Shown piece by piece: positions 1 to 10,071 of a stretch of 64,000 nt of DNA (positions are counted from its first letter, which is position 1; the number at the start of each line of letters is the position of its first letter). Below the pieces are notes generated by a model. The model was not told the origin of the DNA. It worked only from the letters and a program-made list of their open reading frames with translations, and did no database searches. Source of the DNA: Nitrospirota bacterium. GTDB taxonomy: Bacteria; JACPQY01. Made by a program: the position numbers and the translations under genes. The stretch spans positions 62,001 through 126,000 of the forward strand of contig JACPAV010000011.1 of NCBI GenBank assembly GCA_016180645.1, in the 5' to 3' direction.

Positions 1-203
1 GAAAGCAACTTTGGCAGCGCCCAAGAGCACCACAAGCCGGGGGACGAAAATACTGACATCAGTCACTATTCAACGCGGCAACCAATCACATTGAGAGCCA
101 TCTCCCAATCTATGTTATGATTGATTAGTGATATCGATGCGATACCCACTCCTCCAGTCCGAGATGGCACGGACGTTGCGATTTGAAGCCGCAGGGAAGG
201 ACT

Positions 204-2444
204 ATGCATAATTGTGATCTACATCACATTCTTGCCCGCCAGGCAAGGTGCGGTACCCACGGGCCCCGGCGAGGCAGGAGGCCGAGCGCTTCCACCGTAG
301 GTGCGGTAAGTGCGTTGGTCGCAGTTCTTGTTTTTTTACGAGTGAGTTTCGCCGTCGCCGCCCCGACCAAACTCCTCTCCTACCAAGGCCGCATCACCGA
401 CGCGAACGGCCAGCCGATTACGGACAATCCTTACACTGTCCGATTCAAGATCTACTCCACCTCCGCGGATTGCACAGGGGATACGGCCGGCAATCTCGTC
501 TGGGGGCCTGAGACCCACGATGGCGCGGCGGGCAACTGGCCGCAAGTGACCGTGACCAACGGCTTGTTCAGTACGATTCTGGGTTACGACTCAGTGCAGG
601 CCAAGGGGACTGCGTTGTCGATAGCCTTCGACCAAGATTACTACCTTCAAGTCAAAGTGGGCGCGAATCCTGTTTTCAACCCCTGTGATCGACTGACCAC
701 CGCCCCGTACGCCGCCAATGCGATCAACTCCGATTCGTGCAACACCGATGCCACGTGCGAAACGACCGCGGTTCAAATCGTGGACGCCAATACGAGGATC
801 GTGGAGGGCGCGGGCAACTCGGTTCGCATCCAGACGGACTCGGGTTATGTCGACATCGGCCCTCAAAACACAAGCTGGTCGCACTTCCAGACCGACCGGA
901 CGCAGTTCTATTTCAACAAGCAGGTGGGCGTGGACGGAAACCTGTTCCCGTATACGGACAACACCCGGGACTTGGGCGGGAGCTCCAACCGGTGGGCTAC
1001 CGTCTACTCCAACGAAGTCGGATGGGGGGATTCGCAGACGCGAACCCAAACGCGGGACGACGCAGGCGCGATGGGCGGCAAGAGCGGTTTCTACCAGACC
1101 TCGGCGCCGGCCCCGGCGGCAGATTGGCCGTCCGGGGCGGCCTCTTGGTGGCACCTGCTGGACGTGCGGCACAGCAACACCGCCAACAACTACGGCATGC
1201 AATTCTCCGGGAGCTTCTTCGACCAAAACCTCTATTTCCGAAAAACCAACAACAGTGCGTCCACGGCATGGAAACAGGTGGCCATGACGGACGGCACCGT
1301 CGCCGACGCCCTCGCGTGCAGCGCGGACACCGTGTGCGAAACGCAAGCCATCACGGCCACGGGGTACATCGCCTCGAACAACTGCGTGGGGGGCGGCGGC
1401 ACCACCGGTACGGCCGGCACTCAAGGAAACACCTGGCGAATGTGCAACGCCGGCGCGGCCAACAATTGGATCTACGTGTACAACGGAGCCGGAACGGCGT
1501 ATCACGATGTGGCCTTGGGGCAGCTCTGGGTGAGCGGCACACAGTACGCCACCGGACAGGTGTACGCCCGGTCCGGCATCGCGAACGACACCGCCTCGGC
1601 CAAACTGAGCCTCAATGATGCGGACGGCGTTACCGTCGGTGGACCGCTCGATACCACAAGCACGATCACCACGCCGGGCTACGTCTCCATCACGGGGGTG
1701 TCGGACGCTTCAGGCAACCTCCGCTTTTCCGCCGCCAACCCCTACATCTCGGCGTCCTCGTATTTCGTCGCCCCCGGCGGCGCCTACTTCAACAGCGGCA
1801 CCGTCTACGTTCAAAACGCCCTGATGGCCCGCAATTATATTCAGAACGACGACACCCCCAACGGGGGCCGCGTAAGAATCGACGACACCACCGACATCAC
1901 CGGCGGGGCAGGCGGCCTCCGACTGGGCGCGGCCAACTGGGATGACGGTGGGACCACGTACGGCCACATCGTCGCCGACAACAGCGGCTACAAGGCCCTC
2001 ATGATCGTCGGAAACAACATCACCGGCAACTCGGGCTGGGGGCGCGAGGTCAAAGTCTGGGATTACCTCAACGTCCAAGGGTCCGTCAACATCACCAGCT
2101 ACCTCACGCGGTCGGCCTGCCCCTCCGGTTGGGTCAATCGGGGAAATACATTGTGTGTGGAAGATTCGGAATCTTGCAGCAAATCCCTTAGTGGAGCCGC
2201 GAACTACTGCAAGACACGCGGCCAGAACGGCTCCCATCTCTGCACCAATGGTGAGATCCGGCAAGCCATGCAGCAAACAACGACCATCGGCGGCGGCTGG
2301 GCTCAAGACTACATGTCGGATCAGTCGGACGATAACCAGTGCGCGTACGTCAATAGCGATACAAACACGGTGGACATTGACGGTGAAGACGGCGATTGCA
2401 ACGATACCGACCGTTGCGCGCGATGCTGTATCAATCTTGAGTAG
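204..2444 (+). CDS. Secreted phage-tail-fibre-like / mosaic adhesin protein with C-terminal Cys-rich (C-type-lectin-like) domain
   Basis: Hydrophobic signal ending AVAA; N-terminal LSYQGRITDANGQP module; tail-fibre-like segments (SVRIQTDSGYVDIGPQNTSWSHF; WWHLLDVRHSNTANNYGMQFSGSFFDQNLYFRK); C-terminal CPSGW...A..YC...HLC...RCC. Start uncertain (TTG 183 or ATG 204). Confidence 0.7.
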   Translation: MHNCDLHHILARQARCGTHGPRRGRRPSASTVGAVSALVAVLVFLRVSFAVAAPTKLLSYQGRITDANGQPITDNPYTVRFKIYSTSADCTGDTAGNLVWGPETHDGAAGNWPQVTVTNGLFSTILGYDSVQAKGTALSIAFDQDYYLQVKVGANPVFNPCDRLTTAPYAANAINSDSCNTDATCETTAVQIVDANTRIVEGAGNSVRIQTDSGYVDIGPQNTSWSHFQTDRTQFYFNKQVGVDGNLFPYTDNTRDLGGSSNRWATVYSNEVGWGDSQTRTQTRDDAGAMGGKSGFYQTSAPAPAADWPSGAASWWHLLDVRHSNTANNYGMQFSGSFFDQNLYFRKTNNSASTAWKQVAMTDGTVADALACSADTVCETQAITATGYIASNNCVGGGGTTGTAGTQGNTWRMCNAGAANNWIYVYNGAGTAYHDVALGQLWVSGTQYATGQVYARSGIANDTASAKLSLNDADGVTVGGPLDTTSTITTPGYVSITGVSDASGNLRFSAANPYISASSYFVAPGGAYFNSGTVYVQNALMARNYIQNDDTPNGGRVRIDDTTDITGGAGGLRLGAANWDDGGTTYGHIVADNSGYKALMIVGNNITGNSGWGREVKVWDYLNVQGSVNITSYLTRSACPSGWVNRGNTLCVEDSESCSKSLSGAANYCKTRGQNGSHLCTNGEIRQAMQQTTTIGGGWAQDYMSDQSDDNQCAYVNSDTNTVDIDGEDGDCNDTDRCARCCINLE
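213..228. promoter_or_regulatory. CRP/FNR-family binding box
   Basis: TGTGATCTACATCACA, 15/16 match to the symmetric CRP consensus TGTGATCTAGATCACA, with AT-rich flanks. Confidence 0.55.
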
Positions 2445-2451
2445 GTATACC

Positions 2452-3249
2452 GTGTCTGCCGGGAAGTTTTTGGCAGCGGCCGTCTCGGGCCGATGGTGCC
2501 TTGGGTTGGGGTGTCTTGTCATGGCTTGCAAAGATGGAAACCACCAAGCGGCCGAGGGAATTTCTCCCGTGGTGTCGCCTTCGAGCATCGCGTTTGGGGA
2601 AGCGCTCCCTGTTCCGGAAGGGCCGGCAGCTCAAACGGAGGCTCCGGTTCCTCCCGTGGACGCAGCTCAGGAGAAACTCGAGACCCCCGCACCCTCAATG
2701 CCAAGGATTCAGATAGAGCCGAAGAAGGCTCTGAATGACGCCGTTCCTGGCGTTCGTCTGTCGGTTATTGAAGATATCGCAACCGAACCGGGTCCCGAAG
2801 CCGTTGAGATGCTCACCCTCGCGCTCAGCGATTCCAGTGTTTCCGTTGCCGCGCGCGCAGGGGAGACCTTGGGGAATCTGTACTTGAAGGGGCTTGTCCC
2901 GGCTGAGACGATGATTGAAAAAGCCAAGGACTCATCGATCGGCTTCAAGGCGCGCATGGGCATAATCAGCGGACTCAGCAAGAAGCCCGATCCTCAGGCC
3001 GTCGAGTTCCTAAAACAGCTCATGAAGTCCGGCTCCGCGGAGGAGCGCCGCATCGCGGCCGGGATGATCGGGTACCAAGGCGTGGACGTTGCCGTTCCGG
3101 CGCTCCTCGATGCGCTTGGAGACATGGACGAATCGGTTCGCTACAACGTCGAAGAGGCGCTCAACCGTATTTCGCGCGGCCAGGACTTCGGCCAGGATCA
3201 GAAGAAGTGGGCCGCCTGGTGGAACACCTACACCTCGCGGAGACAATGA
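2452..3249 (+). CDS. HEAT-repeat lipoprotein
   Basis: Lipobox-like LVMAC, Pro/Ala linker, HEAT/PBS-lyase repeats (AVPALLDALGDMDESVRYNVEEALNRI); stop overlaps next ATG (ATGA). GTG start inferred. Confidence 0.75.
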   Translation: MSAGKFLAAAVSGRWCLGLGCLVMACKDGNHQAAEGISPVVSPSSIAFGEALPVPEGPAAQTEAPVPPVDAAQEKLETPAPSMPRIQIEPKKALNDAVPGVRLSVIEDIATEPGPEAVEMLTLALSDSSVSVAARAGETLGNLYLKGLVPAETMIEKAKDSSIGFKARMGIISGLSKKPDPQAVEFLKQLMKSGSAEERRIAAGMIGYQGVDVAVPALLDALGDMDESVRYNVEEALNRISRGQDFGQDQKKWAAWWNTYTSRRQ

Positions 3250-5630
3250 TGGCCATCCCACACGCCCTGGTCCGAACGCTCGCCGGCTCAGTTGGAATCC
3301 TCGGGATGCTCCTTCGGTTTCATCAGCCCGCGCTCGCCGATCAACTCGAATGGTCTCAAAAGGCCGGTGGAGCGGGCGCGGTAATGAGTGCGTCGGGCCC
3401 CTACCATGCATCCGACGGCAGCTCCTATCGATTGCACTCCGCCGTGCTCCAATCCTCCACGATCCTCCAAGCCTCCGATGGCGGCACGTGGAGGCTTGAC
3501 TCCGGCTACCTCACCACCTTCCCACCCCGCCCCCTCGTGCAGTGCCGGAATAATGCAGACACCGCCAACTGCACGACTTGGCAGAATGACGGCACATTGA
3601 GATGGCGAAACGACCGTGGGTGCACTTCCAACTGCGCCTACTCGAAAGGCGCCCTGCATTACTACAAGTATGTTTGGTCCGCGAACGCGTCCGAATCCGA
3701 AGCCACCGTCAATGCTGGATCGAAGTGGTCGGACACCGCTCTCTTCTGCCCCGGGGGCGCGTGTGACAAGACGGGAACGACCGCAACCCAGGCGGTTACC
3801 GAGAACGCCGGGTGGTACCTCCATCTGATTTCATACAACGGCGGCCTCAAAGGCGGCCAACTGGCCTACGGCCCGTTTGGAATCGACCAGACCAACCCGA
3901 ACGCGCCGACCTATGCGGCTCCCTCCACATCCGATTGGTTCAGAACGTCCTTCACAGGCACCGTGGATGACGCAGACGCGGGCGCCGTCCAGTCGGGTCC
4001 ATCCGCCTGCGAATACCAGGTCGAAAGCAACAACGGAGGTTGGGTGGTCACCCAAGCCTATGCCGCCCGATCATGCGATGCCGCCACCCCGTCCATCACG
4101 GTCGGTTCAGCCTCCAATTGCCGGGATCGGGGAAAAGACAAGTGTCGAATCTCAGTTCGCACCACCGATGTCGCCGGGAACACAGGGCCGGCGGCCACCC
4201 GGCTCGTCAGCGCCGACTGGTTCATCACCCACATCAACAACGCGATCGGCGGGCCCGTCTCCGGCTTCCCCGCCAGCGCCACGGACCAAGGCGGGACCTA
4301 TGTCGGAACATACGTCGGCGGCGCCAACGCGGGCGTCCCTCGAATTTACCTGCTCAATTCCACCGCGACGATACTCGATACCAAAGACCTCCTCAACGCG
4401 GACTGCGGCGGCTCCGCATGCGGCAGCATCGTCAGCGCGCCGTACTGGACGTACGAAGGCGCGAACAACTATGTGTACGTGACGACCGCCAATGGTTGGG
4501 TCTTCAAGTTCCAGAACACGGGCGGGGTCTTCTCCGGTTCCGCCGTCAACGGTTTCCCCGTCCAAATCGCGGACGAATGTGCGGGCGGGAACGGACGCGA
4601 AATCGTCACGGAGCCTGTCGTGGACGACAAGCTCGTCTACTTCGGCGCCCGGGACAACGACTGCACAAACGCCACCACTCCCAACACCAAGCAGTTCGCC
4701 TTGGCGTACGAAATCAACCCCACCAGCTACGACGCGGACCAAGGGGGGGACGGCAAGCCAGACCGAATCGTGAGGGTCACCGGCTGCGCCTACGATCCGG
4801 CGTTCCCTGCCAGCGCAACCACCCTAAAGGGCACGCCGGCCATCAAGGGAAGCTGGCCGTCAAGCAAGTTCATGCACATCGGCGGCAACTGCAAGGACAA
4901 GGAGATCCTCCGGATCGATGTGGACATCAACAACGCCGGGTGTTGGCGCAACCTCGCAGGAGAGAGTTCCGTGGAAGGCTGGATGACCGGCTCGTTCGGC
5001 AAGTTGTTCTTCGGAACTGCGTCCGGCACCCTCGCCCTGCACATCATCAATAATACAGAGTCCACATCCGCCTGCCCGGACCCACCCGTCGTCTCCACCG
5101 ATCCGTACGCAGACCTCTCCGGATTCCCCTACTCACCGGTAGGCCTCTCCGCGGTCGCCCGCGGCGTGAAAGCGAATTGGCCGTCTACCATGGATGAAGT
5201 TTACTTCGTAGACGACGGCGGCAAACTCTACTGTGTGTGCCAGTCCACCGGAACAGGATGTCCCGCCGCCGGAGGAGCCTGCCGGAAGAACGACGGCGTC
5301 ACAGACGCCTTCCCCGTCTCGCTCGACCCCGGCCGGAAAATGAGGGAAACCCTCATGGATAACGGAACGCTCTACGTCGTCTCCGAAAGTGGCAAGGTCT
5401 TCGCGGTCGAGATGCTGTACGATCCATCGTGCGGCACCCCCGGTCCGAACTGCGATGCAACCGAACCGGGAACACAGGTCGGGGCCGCGCAAGGCTACCC
5501 CTTCGATCTCGGTGACAACACGCCGGGGCTCGTGACATCAACAACCGGCCTCCGAAACGTGGGCGGCGCCAAACTCGTCGCCCTCGGCACGGATGCAGGA
5601 CGCACCTTCTACCTCCCCGTTGTCCCGTAG
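3246..5630 (+). CDS. Secreted Cys-rich protein with Ig-like segment and C-terminal beta-propeller (PQQ/PilY1-like)
   Basis: Signal peptide ending PALA; VRTTDVAGN Ig-like motif; propeller-like blades (VYVTTANGWVFKF, VYFVDDGGKLYC, LYVVSESGKVFAV). Confidence 0.65.
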   Translation: MMAIPHALVRTLAGSVGILGMLLRFHQPALADQLEWSQKAGGAGAVMSASGPYHASDGSSYRLHSAVLQSSTILQASDGGTWRLDSGYLTTFPPRPLVQCRNNADTANCTTWQNDGTLRWRNDRGCTSNCAYSKGALHYYKYVWSANASESEATVNAGSKWSDTALFCPGGACDKTGTTATQAVTENAGWYLHLISYNGGLKGGQLAYGPFGIDQTNPNAPTYAAPSTSDWFRTSFTGTVDDADAGAVQSGPSACEYQVESNNGGWVVTQAYAARSCDAATPSITVGSASNCRDRGKDKCRISVRTTDVAGNTGPAATRLVSADWFITHINNAIGGPVSGFPASATDQGGTYVGTYVGGANAGVPRIYLLNSTATILDTKDLLNADCGGSACGSIVSAPYWTYEGANNYVYVTTANGWVFKFQNTGGVFSGSAVNGFPVQIADECAGGNGREIVTEPVVDDKLVYFGARDNDCTNATTPNTKQFALAYEINPTSYDADQGGDGKPDRIVRVTGCAYDPAFPASATTLKGTPAIKGSWPSSKFMHIGGNCKDKEILRIDVDINNAGCWRNLAGESSVEGWMTGSFGKLFFGTASGTLALHIINNTESTSACPDPPVVSTDPYADLSGFPYSPVGLSAVARGVKANWPSTMDEVYFVDDGGKLYCVCQSTGTGCPAAGGACRKNDGVTDAFPVSLDPGRKMRETLMDNGTLYVVSESGKVFAVEMLYDPSCGTPGPNCDATEPGTQVGAAQGYPFDLGDNTPGLVTSTTGLRNVGGAKLVALGTDAGRTFYLPVVP

Positions 5631-5704
5631 GCTGAGCCCTTATAACAGGTGACAGTATACTATTATTGTCTCCACGCACGCGGGATCAGACATGCCAATC
5701 AATG

Positions 5705-6415
5705 CTATCCTTCGGTGAAGAGGCGCGCCGGATCGACTCCACTCGCTTCAAGCCGGCTCCGCAGAATCTTCACCATCTCAGGGGGACCGCACACGTAGTA
5801 GTCCGCCGGCTCACACTCAGTGATGTCGGCCAAGTGGTCCGTGGGCAGCCCCCACAGCCCAGACCAGTTCCCATCAGGCTCCGAGAGGATCGGAAGGTAT
5901 CGGAAGTTTTTCACCGACGACTCGAGACGCTCCCAGTCGCTGACGAAATAGAGATGGTCGGCCCGACGTGCGGCCAAGACGAGCAAGATCGGTTGATCAA
6001 TCCCTTTACGCGTCACATCCAGAATCATCGATCTCAGCGGCGCGACCCCGGTCCCCCCGGCGATGAACACCGCCCGGCGTCCGGAGGGGGGGCGAAACAG
6101 AAAGCGACCCTTGGGTCCGTCAATGGCGATTTCCACGCCGGGTTTGAATGCTTCATACGAACTGCTCTTCTGGTGAGCGACCAGATTCATCAGCACGTCA
6201 AACGATCTTCCTCCGAGTGGCGGACTCGCGATCGAATAGGGGCCCGACAAGCTGCTGTCGCTGGACCGAAGTCCCAACTTCACGTGCTGACCGGCGTCGA
6301 ACTCAAAAGTGCCTTCATCAACCTCCACCGATACCATCCGCGCACGTTCGCTGAGATCCCGGACCGCCGTGATCCGCCCCGGGCGACCTTTGGTTGGGGG
6401 CGAAGAGTCTGTCAT
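5705..6415 (-). CDS. FAD/NAD(P)H-dependent oxidoreductase (ferredoxin-reductase/flavin-reductase family)
   Basis: GPYSIAS (RxYS variant), GPKGRF, IAGGTGVAP, YVCGPPEMV motifs; ATG at 6415 lies within a palindromic repeat. Confidence 0.85.
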   Translation of the reverse strand: MTDSSPPTKGRPGRITAVRDLSERARMVSVEVDEGTFEFDAGQHVKLGLRSSDSSLSGPYSIASPPLGGRSFDVLMNLVAHQKSSSYEAFKPGVEIAIDGPKGRFLFRPPSGRRAVFIAGGTGVAPLRSMILDVTRKGIDQPILLVLAARRADHLYFVSDWERLESSVKNFRYLPILSEPDGNWSGLWGLPTDHLADITECEPADYYVCGPPEMVKILRSRLEASGVDPARLFTEG

Positions 6416-6484
6416 TGCGAAGCAACCCGCCTGAAGGCGGGGCCGCGGCAATCCCTGAGATTGCTTCGCAAGGCTCGCAATGAC
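6411..6484. repeat. Palindromic REP/RPE-like element
   Basis: Terminal inverted repeat GTCATTGCGA...TCGCAATGAC, with inner hairpins CCCGCC-TGAA-GGCGGG and GCAATC...GATTGC. Confidence 0.75.
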
Positions 6485-6491
6485 CTGGAAT

Positions 6492-7964
6492 TCATATCTG
6501 GATGTAAACGTTCTTTGGCTGAAGGTACTCCATGATGCCTTCGCGCCCTCCGTCCCGACCAAATCCGCTTTGCTTGAATCCGCCGAAGGGGGCCTGAATG
6601 GGCAGCGTGCCGTAGGCATTGACCCACACGGTGCCCGCCTGAAGCTTCGCTGCAACTCGGAGAGCTCGCGACACATCCTTGGTCCAGAACCCGGCGACGA
6701 GGCCATAAACCGTGTCGTTCGCCCTGGCTACAACCTCTTCCTCGGACTCAAACTGGAAAACGCACATGACGGGCCCGAAGATTTCTTCTCGCACGCACTT
6801 GGAGGCCGGATCCACATCCGTCAGGATCGTCGGCTCGTAGAAATTCCCGTTCCCGATCGACGCCCGCTTCCCACCGCACAGGACTTTTGCTCCACTCGCC
6901 TTGGCTTCCTGGACGAACGCGTCGACACGCTCAAGATGGGGCTTGGAGATCAGCGGTCCAAGCATCGTGCCGCCCTCCAGCGGATCGCCCATCTGGAGGG
7001 TTTGAGAGAAGGTCACAAGGCCCTGCATGAATCCTTCTGCAATCGACCGGTGGACAAAGAGACGCGATCCCGCGGCACACGCCTGCCCGGTAAGCGAGAA
7101 CATTCCGTACGTCGCCATCATCGTGGCCCGGGATACATCCGCATCCTCGAACAGGATGTGTGGCGATTTCCCGCCAAGCTCCAGCGAGACCCGTTTCAGC
7201 GTTCCGCTGGCCTGCGCCATGATCTCCCTGCCCTTGGATGTCCCCCCGGTAAAAGCAATCTTGTTTACGTCCGGATGCATACACAGTCTTTTCCCAACTT
7301 CACCATCTCCGTAAAGAATCTGTACGAGACCCGCCGGGAGCCCCGCTTCGTGAATGGCCTCCGCGAAAATCTGGGCCGGAAGGCTCGCCATCTCCGACGG
7401 CTTGACAATCACCGAGCAGCCCGCGGCCAAGGCCGGCCCGGTCTTCGATCCAAGAAAGAGAAACGGAGTGTTCCATGGAATAATCGCCACCACCACGCCG
7501 ACCGGCTCGTATACCACCATGTTCAAGGCCTCGCCGGACCCGGCTGAAGGAATCACGTGCCCATCCACCTTGTCCGCCCACTCACTGTAGTACTCGATGT
7601 GGCGGATCATCGCCTTCGAAGAAAACTGTTTTGAGACGACCGTGGGCATTCCCACGTCGAGAGCTTCAATTCTGGGTGAAACGTTTTCCCGCTTCCGGAG
7701 AGCTTGGACGAGCGACTCCATGGTCTTCCTGCGGCGGCCGGGAGACGCAGCCCGCCACTCCTGCTGGGCCTGGCGCGAGGCCCGGACCGCCTCCTCGATC
7801 TCTGCGTCGGTCGCCTGTGGAATCCGCGCGATTTCTTCCAGGGTGGATGGATCGATGGCCGGCAGCGTCTTCTTCGCTTCAGCCCGGAACTGCCCGTTGA
7901 TGTAGTGCTGAAGAGGCCGTGGGAAACTCAGTTCGGCCAGCGCCTTCCGGTGCCCCTCCAACAT
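6492..7964 (-). CDS. Aldehyde dehydrogenase
   Basis: IIPWN, FTGGT, LELGGKSP, GQACAAGSR, EEIFGPV, PFGGFKQSG motifs. Confidence 0.95.
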   Translation of the reverse strand: MLEGHRKALAELSFPRPLQHYINGQFRAEAKKTLPAIDPSTLEEIARIPQATDAEIEEAVRASRQAQQEWRAASPGRRRKTMESLVQALRKRENVSPRIEALDVGMPTVVSKQFSSKAMIRHIEYYSEWADKVDGHVIPSAGSGEALNMVVYEPVGVVVAIIPWNTPFLFLGSKTGPALAAGCSVIVKPSEMASLPAQIFAEAIHEAGLPAGLVQILYGDGEVGKRLCMHPDVNKIAFTGGTSKGREIMAQASGTLKRVSLELGGKSPHILFEDADVSRATMMATYGMFSLTGQACAAGSRLFVHRSIAEGFMQGLVTFSQTLQMGDPLEGGTMLGPLISKPHLERVDAFVQEAKASGAKVLCGGKRASIGNGNFYEPTILTDVDPASKCVREEIFGPVMCVFQFESEEEVVARANDTVYGLVAGFWTKDVSRALRVAAKLQAGTVWVNAYGTLPIQAPFGGFKQSGFGRDGGREGIMEYLQPKNVYIQI

Positions 7965-7967
7965 GGG

Positions 7968-9104
7968 TCAGTTGCCCCCCATGGTCAGTTGAATTCGAAG
8001 AGCGTTGGTCTTCTGGTTCGTCAGCGCATCGGCCGCGGCCATCGCATCATTGATCTTTTCCAAGGGGAAGGTCTGGGCAAACATCTTCTTCATGGGCAGG
8101 CGGTCTTTCTCCTTCCGCACAAACTCCAGGGCATGGTAGAGCGCCATGGGGTCGTAGAGTGAGACGCCGTACAGCGTAAGGTTTTCGCCCACCCAGATGG
8201 AAGGATCGGCCTTGAACGTGAGTCGCGGCGAAATGCTTCCCATGATCAGGTACCGCCCCCCTCGTTGGAGCATGCGGATCCCTTCGTTCACCGCCTCCGG
8301 TCGGCCCACGACCTCCACACAGACATCAGGGCCGCCGTTCGTGAGGCCCTTGACCATGGACGTCCTCAGTTTCGCTTCGGGAACCTCCTGCATGTCCACC
8401 ACTTCATCCGCACCGAATTCCTTGGCCAGATCGAGACGGACTTTGACGCCGTCGATCACGATCACCTTCCCGGCTCCCATGCGCTTCGCCACGGCGGTGG
8501 CGAAAAGGCCGAGTCCGCCCGCCCCCTGAATCACGACCTGATCGCCGTAGCCGACACGGACGGCGGTCAGCCCGTGGATGACCTGTGCGAGAGCGCAATT
8601 GCAACCGGCCACCAGGTAGTCCGGAGTGCCATCGGGAACCTTGAAGACTTTCTGCCCCGGCCGAACGTAGTAGTACTCGCCGAAGCCGCCGAAGAAATGC
8701 GGTGCTTCAGAACAATCCGACACGACGGAGATCAGGCTGTACACACACGCGTGCTCCTGTCCCCGGGCACACACCGTGCAGGTCCCACAACCGCGGAAAT
8801 ACGTAAACGTGACCGGATCGCCAACCTTCAGACTCTCTCCCCGAAAATCGCGCTCCCGTCCCTCGCCCATGGCCGCAACTTCACCCATCATCTCGTGGCC
8901 CATGACGAAACTGAACGGAAGGTCCATACCTCCGAAAGCGTCCCCGCGAAACATGTGCAGATCGGAACCGCAAATGTTCCCACGACGAATTTTCACGAGC
9001 AGGAAATCCCGTCCCGGAGGCGTGAGGGGGAATTCGCGGATTTCAATCGGCTGCCCGGGTTTCGCCAGGACGGCCGCTTTCGCTTTCTTGGGCAAATCAG
9101 GCAT
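7968..9104 (-). CDS. Zinc-dependent alcohol dehydrogenase (MDR family)
   Basis: ICGSD, GHE, CGTCTVC...C structural Zn site, GAGGLG; GGAGG RBS before ATG 9104. Confidence 0.92.
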   Translation of the reverse strand: MPDLPKKAKAAVLAKPGQPIEIREFPLTPPGRDFLLVKIRRGNICGSDLHMFRGDAFGGMDLPFSFVMGHEMMGEVAAMGEGRERDFRGESLKVGDPVTFTYFRGCGTCTVCARGQEHACVYSLISVVSDCSEAPHFFGGFGEYYYVRPGQKVFKVPDGTPDYLVAGCNCALAQVIHGLTAVRVGYGDQVVIQGAGGLGLFATAVAKRMGAGKVIVIDGVKVRLDLAKEFGADEVVDMQEVPEAKLRTSMVKGLTNGGPDVCVEVVGRPEAVNEGIRMLQRGGRYLIMGSISPRLTFKADPSIWVGENLTLYGVSLYDPMALYHALEFVRKEKDRLPMKKMFAQTFPLEKINDAMAAADALTNQKTNALRIQLTMGGN

Positions 9105-9131
9105 GGAACAATCCTCCAATTCGCAATGTCA

Positions 9132-9246
9132 TCATGGATTCATGGATTCATGTGGTCATTTGAATCAAGAATTCCCCGATGTTGCAACCGCTTGATGATT
9201 CCACGACCACATGATCGCATCGCTACATGATTCCATGATTCAATTC
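9132..9246. repeat. Degenerate 8-bp tandem repeats in two oppositely oriented arrays
   Basis: tcatggat-tcatggat-tcatgtgg-tcatttga... and ...acatgatc-gcatcgct-acatgatt-ccatgatt. Confidence 0.5.
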
Positions 9247-10038
9247 TTTTCGGTTCTTATCGAGAAACGCCTCGATCTTGGGGAGGACGATCGCGGGCTG
9301 TTCCAGGATGGACAGGTGGCCGGACCCCGGCACTTGCACCATCTCCGAGCCCGGAATGGCACGATGGATCGCCTCGGCATGGCGTGGGGGAGTGGCAATG
9401 TCCCGATCGCCTACCATGACGAGAGCGGGCTTCCGAATTCGGCCGAGCTGCGAAAGGATGTCGGTTCGTCGAATGACGGCCAGCGAAGCTCGATAGACGC
9501 CACGCACATGATTCGACAGAAGTCTTGACTTCAGTGTTTCCAGAATCGGGGACGGCTTCGAGCCGAATTCCGGCGAAACCATCAAGTGAAGCACCGCTTG
9601 GACTTGCTGTTCGTTCGGCTCCATGTCCTTCGTCATTTCGGCCCACTGCTCGAACTCCTCCCGTTTCTCTTCCGCTTCTGCGGAGGTATCCAGCAAGACG
9701 AGCGCCCGAATCAGCCCCGGATGCGCGAGGGCCAGCCGCATGCCCACCATGCCTCCCATGGAAAGGCCGACATAGTGAACGGACTTCAATCCCAGACGGG
9801 TGATCAGCGTGGAGAGGTCAACCGTGATGTCTTCGAGCGAATAGTCTGCATCCACCTTTTCCGATTCGCCATGGCCGCGGAAATCCACCTGGATCGTCCG
9901 GAATTGTTTCGACAGCCGGGTGGTGGCCTCATCGTACATGGAACCGTCCAGGGTCAGAGAATGGCCGAACAAAATCGGCGAACCGCTCCCACGCTCCCGA
10001 TAGTGAATTTCAACGCCGTTGACCCGGAGCTTCGGCAT
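9223..10038 (-). CDS. Alpha/beta hydrolase (3-oxoadipate enol-lactonase-like)
   Basis: DFRGHGES, GLSMGG nucleophile elbow, GDRD, SGHL. Confidence 0.9.
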   Translation of the reverse strand: MPKLRVNGVEIHYRERGSGSPILFGHSLTLDGSMYDEATTRLSKQFRTIQVDFRGHGESEKVDADYSLEDITVDLSTLITRLGLKSVHYVGLSMGGMVGMRLALAHPGLIRALVLLDTSAEAEEKREEFEQWAEMTKDMEPNEQQVQAVLHLMVSPEFGSKPSPILETLKSRLLSNHVRGVYRASLAVIRRTDILSQLGRIRKPALVMVGDRDIATPPRHAEAIHRAIPGSEMVQVPGSGHLSILEQPAIVLPKIEAFLDKNRKELNHGIM

Positions 10039-10071
10039 TTCAGATCTCAAATCTCAAATCTGAAATCCTCG

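Noticed and set aside
2118-2444. C-type-lectin-like tip as a diversity-generating retroelement target
   Set aside because: No template repeat differing at adenines and no reverse transcriptase in the window; cannot be excluded elsewhere in the genome
204-2444. Prophage tail gene
   Set aside because: The protein has a signal peptide and no neighbouring phage structural, packaging or integration genes
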